Position numbers and translations under genes: made by a program
Origin: the human T2T-CHM13v2.0 reference genome, Homo sapiens
Assembly: GCF_009914755.1 (NCBI RefSeq)
Contig: NC_060938.1
Length of the DNA: 64,000 nt
Reading direction: 5' to 3' (one strand)
Shown here: piece after piece, positions 1-16,709 of the stretch
Position numbering within the stretch: position 1 is the first letter of the stretch
Layout: each line of letters starts with the position of its first letter
The notes under the pieces: generated by a model
Seen by the model: only the letters and a program-made list of their open reading frames with translations
The model's database searches: none
Told to the model about the DNA's origin: nothing

Positions 1-553
1 AAAGTTTTATGAAGAAAAGAGCTGACCCAACAGATTCAGAGGCCTTCCTGATCCCAATACGGTTTAGCACTGTCACGGCTCACAGGGCCCCACGTGGTAT
101 CTGTGGGAAGGATGATGTTGTCCTGCACTTTTCAGAATCATACGGATGAGAGAGGGAGGGCCCAGAGAAGCAGAGGGGCTTGCCCTGGGCCACTCAGAAA
201 CCCCCAGCACAGCCCCTGTTGGACAGTCAGAGTGGCTTGGGAGCTTGGCCAGCTGGCCAGGCCAAGCCCCACTCTGGTCTCTGCCCTTGACTGCTGACCT
301 TGGCTGGGTCCAGAGCAGGTGACCTGTTGGTGACTTGCTTAGGGATTCCCCAAAGAGTCAAGTATGGTCAGGCAATAGCACGTGGCCGCCTCCCCTCTGG
401 GGGCTGGTGGGGCCCCCACCTCTGATGGAGTGCCCCCAAGGCACTGGGAGCCCCACGCATGACCCTGGCCAGCAGCTCACATCATCCCTGCTGTAGATGG
501 GCAACCCGGGCACAGAGAGGTGAAGCAGCTGGCCCCACGTCACCAGCTAATAG

Positions 554-1183
<630 letters not shown>

Positions 1184-2173
1184 TAACAGTGTGGCCTCTG
1201 GCAAGTTCTCAAGGCCTTGATTTTCTTATCTGTACAATGGGAACAGCAATAATTATGTGGACTAGATGAAGTCATCCTTTATAAGCACAGCACAGGGCCC
1301 CACATTTAGCTAGTACCTGGTAAACGTTGGCCATTATTATTATTATTTTGTTTGTCTTTGGTTTTGTGTTTTTGTGTTGCTATTATTAACTAAGAGTATA
1401 AGGACATCTGAGATGAGGTTTTCTGTGTTGTTTTATGAGTACTGGAAACTCATTGGAAAAGGGAAGGGGAGTCACACATATTTATTGTTATCATTATTAT
1501 TTCAACACCATCAATAATAATTATTACCATTTATTAAATATGTACCCTGTGCTAAGCTCTTTAGCAAATCTTTTTTACCCCTCCTATGAGCTTTGCACTA
1601 CTGTGTCACTCAGGCTCAGAGAGGGTAACGAACTTGCCCAGGGTCACCCAGTCAGGAAGTGGTGGCACTGGGCTCAGACTCTGGTCCGTCTGACTTCATA
1701 GCCACTGTACTAAGTGCTAGAATGAGAGGAGCTATGGAAACTCCAAAAACTCTGCCTTGGAGATCAGGGAAGGCTTCCTGGAGGAGGCGACCTCTCATGG
1801 GGCTCAAATGGGTGCAGCAAAGGAGAATGACCCTCAGGCAGAGGGAGGGACACAAATGTAGGCAGGAGCCATAGGGCTGCGAGGTGGGTTTAGGGGTGGT
1901 GAGCTCCGGGCTGCTGGGCGATGTGGCTGGGAGGCTGGGGATATATACTGAGTACTGAGCCAAGGAGGAGTCAGGGCTGCAGGTCAAGCATGGGGCTTGC
2001 GGCAGACCCAGCACCCAGTGCTGCTTGTGGTTTGGGACCTTCCTAATTCAGCAATTCTGCCCTGTTCAACCCATCCAAAATGCATAACCACCAGGACTTG
2101 GCACTTGCTCGCTCAGGACAGGAACAATTCCTATCCCCCTCTCAGGCTGCTCCAAGCAGCAACATCTCCTTGA

Positions 2174-2650
<477 letters not shown>

Positions 2651-3268
2651 TGAAGTCTGCTCCATTCCCCGTGGCCCAGGGAGCTGGGGGCGTGGGGCCC
2701 CCTTTCCTGCATAGCCCTGGGGAAGGCCTAGAGGGAGCAGCGGCGTAATGCTGGGGGGCCCTCGGTGGGGCTGTCGCTCCTGAGCCGCCTTCCATATCCC
2801 CTTCCTCTCCCCTCTGCTGCCTGAGGCTCAGCTCGTGCCTAACGTTGTTCTGCGTGGTAGAAAAGCCATGTGTCCTGGATGCAGAGGGACTGGAGCTCGG
2901 CTCCCAGCTCAGCCACTGACTAGCTGTGTGACTAGTTTGTAGCCTCTCTGAGCCTCAGTTTCTGCATCTGTCAAGTGGGGGCAACACACCCTAGTTGCTA
3001 GCGTCCTTGCGAGGCACCAAACACAAACTGCCTCAAAGTAAGTGCCAGAGACATCATTTCCCTTCCCTTCCTTTGTAGTTATCGCATAATAAATAGGACT
3101 TCCGCTGGGAGGGATGGGCACTCCAGGTGGAAGAGCCTGCCCTGACAAAGGCGTGGCATCATGAAGATTCATGCTGCCACTGGGACCGGGGACTTCGGGA
3201 TCCCAGAGGAAGGATGACCAGCCGGTTGGTTCACTGCAAAGGGTTGCTGCGTAGTTTTGGAGAGAGCA

Positions 3269-3287
3269 TCTGCCCCCTAGTGGCAGC
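3269..3287 (-). promoter_or_regulatory. CTCF-binding motif
   Basis: The plus strand ctgccccctagtggc reads GCCACTAGGGGGCAG on the minus strand, a near-perfect CTCF core consensus in unique intronic sequence. Confidence 0.7.
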
Positions 3288-3408
3288 GCTGCAAGCCTGC
3301 ACCACGTTGTACCATTTCTTTGGAGAATGGAATTCATGGATGGGCTGGGCACTGCGTGAAGCACTTTACATGCTTTATCTCACTTAAATATCACGCCAGC
3401 ACCTCTAG

Positions 3409-4341
<933 letters not shown>

Positions 4342-4537
4342 GGAACTGGGGCTCAGGTAAACTCCATCAGCCTGGACACGCCCTTTTCTGCATCTCTGGT
4401 GCCTTGAATGGCCCCAGCCACCCACAAGTATTCCTTCCTCCTATCCTGTCATTGCACAGACCACCCTGGGGACTCAGACCAGGGCATATGCCCTGGAGGG
4501 TTTGTTGTACCAAGATGGCCCATTCCCTCTGCCCCAG

Positions 4538-4669
4538 AGCCTCAAGATCCGGCTGTGTCAGCTGCAGAAGAAGTGCTACCGCAAGCAGGAGCAGTGGTGG
4601 CAGCTGAAGCACAGCATCACTTACCAGAAGGACATTGACTTTGACACACACACCAGCAGCAGCTATAAT
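4538..4669 (+). CDS. CCDC197: CCDC197 coding exon: SLKIRLCQLQKKCYRKQEQWWQLKHSITYQKDIDFDTHTSSSYN
   Basis: Acceptor ccctctgccccag|AGC and donor AAT|gtgagt; 132 nt, phase 0/0. Confidence 0.87.
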
Positions 4670-4744
4670 GTGAGTCCAGTCTTTCAGCCTGGGGGTGGGG
4701 TTAGGGGTGGGGAAGGGGAAGCTGATGTCTCCATCATCAATCCC

Positions 4745-5045
4745 AAAACACACAGACACATACGCACGCAGACACACACACACAGAGCCAGACACATAGA
4801 CACACAGGCACACACACAGCCAGACACACACACCCACAGACATAGTCACAGCCAGACACATAGACACACAGACACAACCAGACATATAGACAGACCCAGC
4901 CAGACACATACACACAAATGCACAGACACACACAGACACACACACAGACATGCAAACACACGCACAGACACACAGACACATACACACACAAAGACACATG
5001 CAGAGACATACATAGAGACAGACACACACACAGACAGACCCACAC
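4745..5045. repeat. Degenerate (CA)n/(CAGA)n low-complexity repeat
   Basis: About 300 bp of cacacagacaca variants; this explains the His/Thr-rich and Cys/Val-rich ORFs in the track. Confidence 0.95.
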
Positions 5046-6169
5046 CACTTTCTTCTCCTTGGTGACAGTTTGCTTTCAAAGGGCCTCTCTTTGAGGGGTC
5101 CGATGTTACTTCACAGATGGGAAAACTGAGGCCACAGATATTTCAGGACAGAGCTCTGCCAAGAACCAGAGCCGGGATCCACCGGCCCAGTCCCAGGGCT
5201 TGGTGTTGTGCCGAGCTCTTAGTCCTTGTATAATGTTTGTGGTTAATAATAAGATAACGGTGTTTAAGTGAGTGGTTGTTATGTACTGTCTTCAGTAAGG
5301 CTGGTGTCTCTCTGATCAGAGAGTCTGACCTGGAGTAGGTGTTCTTAAATATTGGTGAATTTTACCCACACTCATTTTACAAATGAGAAAAATGAGGCTC
5401 AGAAAGAACAAGTCATGGCCAAAGTCCATGGCCATGAATTCCAGGGATTCCAGAATTCAGCTCTTGCACTGCCCCTTACTGGCCTTGGGAGTGTGGTCTG
5501 GTCACCCCTGGACCCCGGTTCCTCGCCATAAACGGAGGCAACAGTCTATGTTCTTCTGGCCTCCGGGACTGCGGGAGGACAGTTAGGACCATGGCTTGGG
5601 CACAGGGCTGCGCTGGGCACACCTTCCCTGCACAGGATGAGGTCATGGAGTGAGTGTGAGACCTGCTCAGGTCCAGACTGACTGGGCCTCGAGGGATCTG
5701 AGTTTGGAAGACGAGGCTTGGGGGCTATTGGCTGCTGACCTCCAGCCAAGGCAAGGGGCTTAGGGAGGGAGCTGGGTGGGTCACAGTCTACAGAGCCCCT
5801 TTGAGGTCTCTCTCTCTAAGCTGCTGCAGCAGACCAGGATCCTGGAGGTCTGAAGTCCAGGGCCCCACTCCATGCCCCTTCCCAGTCCTCTGCTTCTAAC
5901 GAGGTGTGGACCCCGATGCCTCCAGCCAGGAAGCCCTTCTGAAAGGAGTTAGTCCAACCTGCCTCTTTGCAGAGGAGGCTGCTCAGGCTCTGACGTAGGG
6001 AGGAACTCAACCGAGCCCCGCAGGAGAGGAATATAGACCATGATGAGAAGGACACTCCCAGTGTCCCAGCTCTGTCCACGACACTTCGCTGGCTGGAGTG
6101 AGCCAGGGCAGGGGCAGGGGATGCTGGGAGAGAGCCTGAGCCACCACCTCCTCCTTCTCTTTCCTGCAG

Positions 6170-6286
6170 GATCAGCTGCTCGGCTACATGCAAATGACCA
6201 TCACCAACATGGCCCGGCAGTGCTGCCCCTCTGCCCACGGCGTGCCCAAGAGCATGGATCTCTTCTCCAAGCTCGATCTGATTAAG
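6170..6286 (+). CDS. CCDC197: CCDC197 coding exon: DQLLGYMQMTITNMARQCCPSAHGVPKSMDLFSKLDLIK
   Basis: Strong acceptor ctccttctctttcctgcag|GAT and donor AAG|gtaagg; 117 nt, phase 0/0. LLGYMQMTITNM resembles the LLGTIKMATLNL motif of CCDC42-like proteins. This frame is absent from the ORF track and was translated manually. Confidence 0.87.
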
Positions 6287-6539
6287 GTAAGGATAGACAG
6301 ATGGCTGCGGGGCTCCTGACTGCCCCAGGCAAGACTCCAACTTGAGCTAGTCCTGCTCCTTAGCCCAGGCTGCATTTGTGTTTAGCCCCCCATCAGCTCT
6401 TCTTTCCATAGCTACATTGGTGCCTGGTGCAGTAAGGTCCTAAGGTCTCTATTAGTCTACAAACTTGAGCACCCACTAGGTGAAGGGTCAGTGTAGAAGG
6501 TGCATAGAGGAACTTCCCACCTGGTCTTCATATGTAGCT

Positions 6540-6716
6540 CCACACTGACACATCACACACAGGCACACGCACACACACAGTACACACCCATCAACATCCA
6601 TGTGTGCTTTCTGCACACCCACACATGAGACATACACAGACACACCTGCAAATAAGCACACAAACATCAACTTGCACGCACGAAGATACAAACAGGTATG
6701 ATCACACTTACACATA
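6540..6716. repeat. Degenerate (CA)n repeat
   Basis: CA-rich low-complexity tract. Confidence 0.8.
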
Positions 6717-7577
6717 TGAGAACGCTGGCAGCGGGCATTTCAGTGACTGAGGGAGCCTCTTGCACAGGGTCCTCACCTTAAACTTCACACTGTCAGTCCA
6801 CTGGGCTTCTTTCCTCACCGCCCCCATCAGTCAGGATGCTGTTACTGCAGTAACAGAAAACGTGATCAGATTGGCTTTGATTGACAACACAGCATGTCTT
6901 TTTAAAATAATAACTTTATTGAGATATAATTCACATACCATAACATTTAGCCCTTACAATTATGCATGTCCGTGTTTTCAGTATAGTCAAAATTGCACAG
7001 CCATTACCCCTCTCTAATTCCAGAACATTTCATCACCCCCAAAAAGATACATTTAGCGTCTGGCTGCTTTCATTTAGCGTCTGGCTGCTTTCATTTAGCA
7101 TAATGTTTTCAAGGTTCATCCATGTCCCAGCACGAATCAGTGCTTTATTTTTATAGCTGAATAGTCCATGGTATGGGCGTATTTATATGGATAGAACTTT
7201 TGTTTATCCATTCATCAGTTGACGGACATCTGGATTGTTACATTCCTTAGGTATTATGAATATTACTGCTAAGAACATTTGTGTACACATTTTTATGCAG
7301 AGATATGTTTTCACTTCTCTTTGGTACGTACCTAGGAGTGCAATTGCTGGGTCATCTCTTAACTCTATGTTTAACATTCGAAGAACTGCCAAACTCTTTT
7401 CCAAAGTGGCTGCACCATTTACCATCCCCATGATCAATGTACGAGGGTTCCAATTTCTCCACATCCTTGCCAACATTTGCTATTGTCAACTTTTTCTAAT
7501 TTAGCCCTCCTAATGGGTGTGAAGTGGCATCTCATTGTGGTTTTGATTTGCACTTCTCTGATGACTAATGATGTTGA

Positions 7578-7996
<419 letters not shown>

Positions 7997-7999
7997 TAA

Positions 8000-8485
<486 letters not shown>

Positions 8486-9923
8486 TAGGAGTCATATCTA
8501 AAAAGCCATTACCTAATCCAGGGTCATGAAGATTTACACCTGTTTCTTGTGAGAAGTTTATAGTTTTTGCTCTACTGTTTAGGTCTGTGGTTCATTTTCA
8601 GTTGATTTTTTAATATAGTGTAAGGTAGGGGTCCAATTTCATTATTTCGCATGAGGATATTCAGTTGTCCTGATACCATTTGTTTAAAAAGTTCTATTTT
8701 TCCCCTTTGAGTTTTCTCAGGACCCTTGTCAAAAATCAATTGACCGTAATATGAAAAGTTTATTTCTGGATTCTTGATTCTATTCCATTCATCGCTACGC
8801 CTGTTTTTATGCCAGTACCATACTGTCTTTATTACTGTGGCTTTGTAATAAATATTAAAATTGAGAAGTGTGAGTCTTCCAACTTTGTTCTTTTCTGAGG
8901 TCATTTGGCTCCTCTACCAGGGCACATCTTGTGTCATGAGTGGAAGTTTGGTGCCTGGGTGGGTTTCAGGCATGGTGTGATCCTAGGCTCAGAGGCATCA
9001 TCAAAGACCCATCCTTTCCATACTCTCCTGTCTTCTACCTTTAGCACTGACTTCATCCTAAGTCAGAACTTGCTTACCTCATTTGAGGCAGGTTCCGTGC
9101 AGATATCCAAACACGGGATACTTAGCTCCCCAGGAACCCTGAGGGGCAGGTCTCTTCCCTAGTGTCCAGTGCAACAGTCAGCAGTGAGCAAGCCTGTGGC
9201 TCAGTTCAGAAGGACTTCTCCAGGAGCCTCACAGGCAGTACCGAGGCTGCTGCATGGCACAACTCAGTGGGCACCATTCAGTTGAAGTCTGTGTAATTGG
9301 CATCCCTAGTTATATACAACTTGGAACTTATTCATATTGCAAAGAAATGAGATTTCTGAGTAAGGACATGTTTGTCTAAATAGTCACAGTGTATTAATTT
9401 CATCTTCTTCCCAAGAAAAGGGAAGAAATTATGTGGTGATGTCACAGGGTCCCAAGCAACAATCAGATTGGGCCTCTGGATTGACATCTGTCAGTCACTC
9501 AGCCAACATGAATTGAGCCACCTGAATATGCTCAGCATTCTGCTAGGCAACAGGAGATGGAGGCCCATCTGGTCCTTAAGAAACGAATGCCCTTCAGAGA
9601 GGGAGGCTGGGGACAGTCAGGGTGGGCTTCTTGGAAGAGGCAGTGAGAAGAGGCAGGCAACCACTTTCAGGAAGTCACACCAGGATCTGGACTCCTAGTC
9701 ATCCAGCTCTGTCACTCCTGGCTGTGCCACATCAGACAAGTCACCTAACCTCTCTGAGCCTCTGTTTGCTCATTTACCCAGTGGCATTGATACCACATCC
9801 TTTGCAGGGCGCTTGTGAGAGTTAAAGGAGAAGTAGGTCAGCCTTTGATGATGCTTTGGTACCTAGAAAGCAGCGTCCAGAGGCCAAAACACTGTCAGGT
9901 GAGAGATTTATTTTCCCTCCCAG

Positions 9924-10127
9924 GAGTTCATGTTGGACAAAATGGAGACTGTAAGACTGATCGCACTGCTCACGGAACCCAAAGTGTGCTGGTCATGGGA
10001 CAGCTTCGGGGACCAGTGGCTCAGAAGACACCCCAAACCCTTCAGGAAATGTCCAAGGAGGCGGGTTTCCACCCCCAGGACCCCCTTTCCCAGCCCCCAT
10101 GCTTCAGAGTGCTCCGGCCTGTACTGA
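9924..10127 (+). CDS. CCDC197: CCDC197 last coding exon: EFMLDKMETVRLIALLTEPK...SECSGLY*
   Basis: Acceptor attttccctcccag|GAG, in frame with ORF 9930..10127, TGA at 10125-10127. The five exons join into 237 codons without a stop. Confidence 0.82.
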   Translation, partial: EFMLDKMETVRLIALLTEPKVCWSWDSFGDQWLRRHPKPFRKCPRRRVSTPRTPFPSPHASECSGLY

Positions 10128-10761
10128 CCAGCCTGCGCCTTGCAGGCCCCATGGCATCACGACCTCTCCTTACCTGCCTGCCTCCTTTTCTCACCACCAA
10201 CATCTCTAAGCCAGTGGGAGAGAGTCTGGGGGCATTGAGGGGGTGGTCAGGGTCCTGGGCTCAGCTAGGGTTGGGGGTGCTGCTCCCCATCCTGGGGGAT
10301 TGGCAGGGATCCAGGTAAGGCCTGCCTGGGATCCGGGAGAGAGAGGCAGGTTCCCGAGTTGGGGGCAGCAGCCAGGCTGGAAGATCCTGGGCTGAAGACT
10401 CCCTCCTGGGAGCCGGGGCTACATCTCTCACTTTCATGGTGGGTTCCTGAGACTGAGGAGCTTTGGACGGATGCTTGGCTGTTGGGAATGTCCCAGTCAC
10501 AGGACACTGTAAAGAGCCACCAGGGCCATGGGATCGATGGGAGTTCACCTTGCCCACAGCAGTCTGCAGAGCTAATGGGGGTGCTGAATGTGTAGGGGGC
10601 ATCTCATCACTTTCTTCCAGAAGTTGAGTACCAGGTTGGTACCTTCTGCCCATCCTGCAGGTGTCTGAGCTGCCTGAAATGGTTGGTACTCTCAGGGAGA
10701 CCTTGGCAAGGCAAGGTCCCTCTCTGGGCTGGTTTTTCTACCTGTAAAATTGGGAGAGAGT

Positions 10762-11052
<291 letters not shown>

Positions 11053-11504
11053 CAGGGGTGGTGGTGAGAGGATATTTAAGCCTCCCACTCCAGTCTGACA
11101 TTCTAGGTCAAGTTTGGAAAAGCCAGGTCTGCACAGAAGGCACTTGCTTGCTTTCGTTGTGCCACTGGGGTAAAATCATTCTAGCAACCACCACAGCCCC
11201 AAAAATAATTCAGCTCTAGAGGTCAGCTGCTGTTAATTTATCTAGGTAAAGGCAGAAAGTTAAGAGCAGCTGCTGAGCTGTGAACAGTGGTGAGTCAGCA
11301 CATGAACTTTCAAAGGGGAGTTTTAGAAAAGAAAAGATGCTGACTGTCAGCCAAGAACCTCGAAAGCCCGCTTGACTCCAGGTGCTGCTGGGAGAGGGTG
11401 GGGGATAAGTCAGGCTTGGCCAGGGAGTTAAATAGGAAAGATACACGGAAGAAGGAAGGCTGATTGTGGCCAGGTTTTAAGAGTAGTAGAGTTATATTTT
11501 GGGG

Positions 11505-11816
<312 letters not shown>

Positions 11817-12195
11817 TGAGTAGTGTAGTTTTTAAAAGGAGAGCCAGGAGGGAGCCGCTGTTCCGAGTTTCTTGTCTCATAGACCTTCACAGGAAAGAGG
11901 GCACCTCAGGTAGGGTTTGAGTGGGATCTCAGAAGGAAGAGGCTGCACTAAAGAAAAGGGACAGAAACGCCGGAGTAGGGACTTGCATTTTGGCTGGAGC
12001 ATGCGGAACCCCCTGAGCAGTCTGAGAAGGTGGCTGGGGGACCACGTGGGGCCCCAAACACCAGGCTGAGGTTTAGACTCCATCAAGGGCGGTGCAAGGG
12101 GAGCCTCACACACTCATGCCTCTCTGTTCTCTGTCTTTCCCACTCTTTCCAAAGCAAGCTAAAGTATCCCATTAATCTTCCCCAGTGCAGAGGAT

Positions 12196-12362
12196 TAAGC
12201 TGGTGGCTCTCAGGTTTGAACACGCATCAGGAGGCCCTGTATCAATGCAGAGTGTGGACCCACCTCCAGAGCTTCCAGGCCCTAGAATCTGCATTTCTAA
12301 CAAGTCCCCAGATGTGGCAGATGCTGCTGGTCCTGGGGTTACATTTTGAAAACCACTGCTTT
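12196..12362. mobile_element. MER5-like hAT-Charlie DNA transposon remnant
   Basis: gaatctgcatttctaacaag.cccca..tg..gatgctgctggtcc...tttgaaaaccactg signature. Confidence 0.7.
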
Positions 12363-12887
12363 AGAGTAATGGCAAATCCTACATGCTGAAGCCAGGCACT
12401 GCTCCACTGTAACCACCAACTACCCCTGCCTGGACTTCGGAATTCCCTCTGCACGATGGGGCTGGACCGGGCATTCCAGGAGGGCTGCCCTAATCCTGTC
12501 TGACCTCCCGGGAGGTGCTGGAGAGAGCACCACCTTCTACGCCCAGGGTGAAGTTCTGTGGCTTGTTGACTGTGCCTTCGAGGGCTCTATGTCATTCTGT
12601 CCCCTATCACCTGCCTGCTGTGCACCTGTCGTGCTTGATCTAGCTCAGACATTTTGTCACACTCCTTGGGGAGGAGCGGGATTGGAACAGTTGCTTGGCG
12701 TGGCAATGGCCTGGCCACCAGTCGACATTTGCAGCCAGCATCTGGGTACCTTGGGAGCTCCCAGCCTCCCCTGGGCAGGGCTGGGGCCGTGAATTGGACA
12801 CGGCATTGCGCTTAACAGCGCGGCTACCTCAGGCTGCTGGTAAGTACCAGAATGCTGTTTCTCCTTTCTTGGCTTTTTGTCTTACAG

Positions 12888-13010
12888 AAAGCTCGCTCCC
12901 CCATGACCCTGCACCTTCAAAGCACTTTTCTCATAGGTTCTATATTAGCTGGAGAAAAACCTTCAAGGGCATTTGGAGAAAAAATAAAAAGCACTAGTTC
13001 AGGTACCTTA
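12888..13010 (+). other. CCDC197: Probable non-coding terminal exon of CCDC197
   Basis: Very strong acceptor (tttctcctttcttggctttttgtcttacag| at 12887) and AATAAA at 12983-12988. An unused consensus donor CAG|gtaagg lies at 10314/10315. The 3' end is approximate. Confidence 0.6.
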
Positions 13011-13277
13011 CGAAATGTCATTTCATTTGACCTTCCAACTGGACCGTGGGATCCCAAGACACCAACAGTCCCGGGCTTGGACATTTTGAGACCAAGAGCT
13101 CATTACCTGCCAGTGAATCCCAGCTTTAAGCAACTTCAAGCATGAGAAAATTCTTCCCACAGACTATCCTGGAAGAATTGGATTATTGCCAAATGGCTGG
13201 TGCTGGGGAAGTTGGCTCTTGGGAGGGGGGAATTGGATTGTGTTCTTTTTCAAATTGTGCCCTATCATTCTTTTGAG

Positions 13278-13461
13278 CAGTGGTTTTCAAACTTTAGTGT
13301 TCACTGAAACCACATGTGAGACTTGCTAAAAATGGAGAGAACTGTGGCTTCCTCTTAGAGACTCTGTTTCTAGGGCGAGGCCCCAGAAATCTGGATTTTT
13401 AGCATTCTCCCCGGGTGATTCCAACACAGACAGCTCTGAAATCATAGTCAGAGAAACACTG
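13278..13461. mobile_element. MER5-like DNA transposon remnant
   Basis: cagtggttttcaaact...aatctggattttta...gagaaacactg termini. Confidence 0.65.
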
Positions 13462-13474
13462 GGCATCTGAATGT

Positions 13475-13797
13475 CTCTTTCTTTTCCTTCCTTTTCCTCT
13501 TCCTCTTCCCTCCCTTCCCTTCCCTTCCCCTCCTCCCCTTTCCTCCCCTCCCCTCCCCTCCCCTTTACTCCCCTCCCCTTTCCTCCTCTCCCCTCCCCTC
13601 CCCTTTCCTCCTCTCCCCTCCCCTCCCCTTCTCTTACCTTCCTCTCCCCTCCCCTCCCCTTCCTTTACCTTCCTCTCCCGTCCCCTTCCCCTCCCTTCCC
13701 CTTCCTCTCCCCTCCCCTCCCCTTCCTCTCCCCTTCCTCTCCCCTCCCCTCCCTTTCCCTTCCCTTCCTCTCTTTCTTTCTCTCTTTTTCTTTCTTT
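13475..13797. repeat. Homopyrimidine (CCCCT/CCTT)n tract
   Basis: About 320 bp almost purely C/T, abutting the tail of an antisense Alu. Confidence 0.95.
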
Positions 13798-14522
<725 letters not shown>

Positions 14523-14945
14523 TCAGAGTGCATCAAAATATCAAAAGACAATAAGCTGGGGGGAAATGGTGAGGAATCTGGGAAAGGATCAATGTTTTTG
14601 ATATTTATATCAATGTTTTTGATACTTATGAAGTAAAGAAAGAAAAAAAAAATTGACACCAGTTGCTCATATTCAGCAAACCACGAAATAAAATGGCCTA
14701 TAAACATAAAAATATTTCAACCATACAATTATTGCCTATCAAAATAAAGCAACAGACAAATGCTTTTAAGATGGGCTCACTGTAGAATTGTTTGTATAAA
14801 CTCCCTGGAAAGCAATTTGCTAAGAGGTCTTGAGAGGCTTAAAAAATGTTTATGTCCTTCAGCTCAGTATGGTCAGCCCTCTGTATACACGGATTCCACA
14901 CCTTTGGATTCAACCAACCGCAGATCAAAAATATTCAGAAAAAAA

Positions 14946-15119
14946 TCCCATCTCTACTAAAAATATACAAAACTTTATCTAAGCATGGTGGCGTGCGCCT
15001 GTAATCCCAGCTACTTGGGAGGCTGAGGCAGGAGAATCGCTCATGAGGGAGGAAGAGGTTGCAGTGAGCCGAGATAGTGGGCAACAAGAGTGAAACTCCA
15101 TCTCAAAGAAAAAAAAAAA
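14946..15119 (+). mobile_element. Truncated Alu
   Basis: cccatctctactaaaaata...gcctgtaatcccagctac...actccatctcaaa, with internal deletions. Confidence 0.85.
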
Positions 15120-15418
15120 GCCGGGCGTGATGGCTCACGCCTGTAATCCCAGCACTTTGGGAGGCCTAGGAGGGTGAATCACCTGAGGTCAGGAGTTCGA
15201 GACCAGCCAGTCCAACATGGCAAAGCCCCGTCTCTACTAAAAGTACAAAAATTAGCTGGGCATGGCGGTGCGCACCTGTTATCTTAGCTACTCGGGAGGC
15301 TGAGGCAGGAGAATTGTTTGAACCCAGGAGGCGGAGGTTGCGATGAGCCAAGATGGCGCCACTGCACTCCAGCCTGGACAACAGAGCAAGACTTTGTCTC
15401 AAAAAAAAAAAAAAAAAA
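15120..15418 (+). mobile_element. AluS
   Basis: Full dimer inserted in the tail of the preceding Alu. Confidence 0.95.
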
Positions 15419-16709
15419 GAAAAATTCAGGAAAAAAAGAAAAACATTAAAAATTAAAATTACAACAATTAAAAATAACACAAAATTTTAAAAATACAGTA
15501 CAACAACTATACAGCATCATAGTATTAGGTATTAAAAGTAATCTAGAGATGATTTAAAGTATATGAGGGGATGTGCATAAAATTCTACACCATTTTATAT
15601 CAGGGACTTGAGTATCTGAGGATTTTGATATGTGTTGGGGGAGTCCTGAAACCAATCCCCCACAGACACTGAGGGACAACTGAAATTCCAGCTCAGGAAC
15701 TTCTGTCAATAGCACCGAGCTATTATTTGGTTGAAAGTGATAGAAAGCACAACTCAGTTTAGGAGACAAATGAAACGCATTGGCCTCTGAAACTGAAAAG
15801 AGCAGGGATTCTTGCTGGAGGCACAGTTAATCAGGAGTACAATGTCAGCAGAATCCAGTCTCTTTGATTCTGAGATTGATCGCCCAGGTCTTGGCTTTAT
15901 TCTCAGGCTCAGTGTAAACAAGACGCTTCCAGCAACCTCAGGATTGCCAGCACCCTCTGAAGCAGAAGTCAGAGAAGAGAGAATGCCTCTTCCTAGCTAC
16001 TCCTTGGCCAGTCTCAGGATTCACTCTGATTAGATCACCTTGGGTCATGCACCTCTTTTTAGACAACCGTTAATTAGCCGGGACTAGGCACTGTGTCATT
16101 CCTGAACTAATCTCTGTAATGAGGGGGATTCCATCCTCTGGATGGCCAGGCCTGGGCCCAATTTTTGAGATTTAGTGAGATGGAATACCTTTCGTGGCTA
16201 GAGGCCATTCCCCGGGAGCCAGTGATGGATGCCACATGAACTACATGGACTCAAACTAGGTGAGGGGCGGTTCCCCCAAAGGGAAATCAGGGCACTGACT
16301 CACTGAATTCAGAGGGAGGTTGGACTTGGTACTGGGCAAACAGAAGCAAGAAATGCCCATGACAGATGCCAACAAAGTTTCTGCACAAAGATGTTCATCA
16401 CATTGTTATAGTAGCCCCAACTGGAACACCCTAAGAATCCTAGAAGAAGAGATTAATGAATTATGCCAAAACATGTTAAGATTCTGCAGCCATTAGCATA
16501 TTTTCAAAAATATTTAATGTTAGAAAAATGTACAAGGTATAAAGCTAAGTGAAAACAGAAACCAAGAAGGAGTTTTAAAAAGGTAGAATAGAAACTCAAT
16601 TTAGTAAAAATTGTACATATATAAGAGTAGAAGGAAATCTACTAAAACAATGTTCTAAGCAGGAGGATCAAGACCCTTGGGGAGAGCAGCATATATTAGA
16701 CCCACCTAG

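Larger units (their letters stand above)
14868..15682 (-). mobile_element. MER2 (TcMar-Tigger) element interrupted by two Alus
   Basis: The ends match the reverse complement of MER2: gtcagccctctgtatacacggattccacacc..ggattcaaccaaccgcagatcaaaaatattc and aatctagagatgatttaaagtata...ccaatcccccacagacactgagggacaactg. Confidence 0.85.

Noticed and set aside
4367-5079. Long Cys/Val-rich minus-strand ORFs (220, 103 and 77 aa)
   Set aside because: Translations of the (TG)n strand of a simple repeat, open only because the repeat lacks stops.
12840-12887. Perfect donor G|gtaagt 48 nt before the acceptor at 12887
   Set aside because: A 48-nt intron is below the usual human minimum, so it is not called as an intron.
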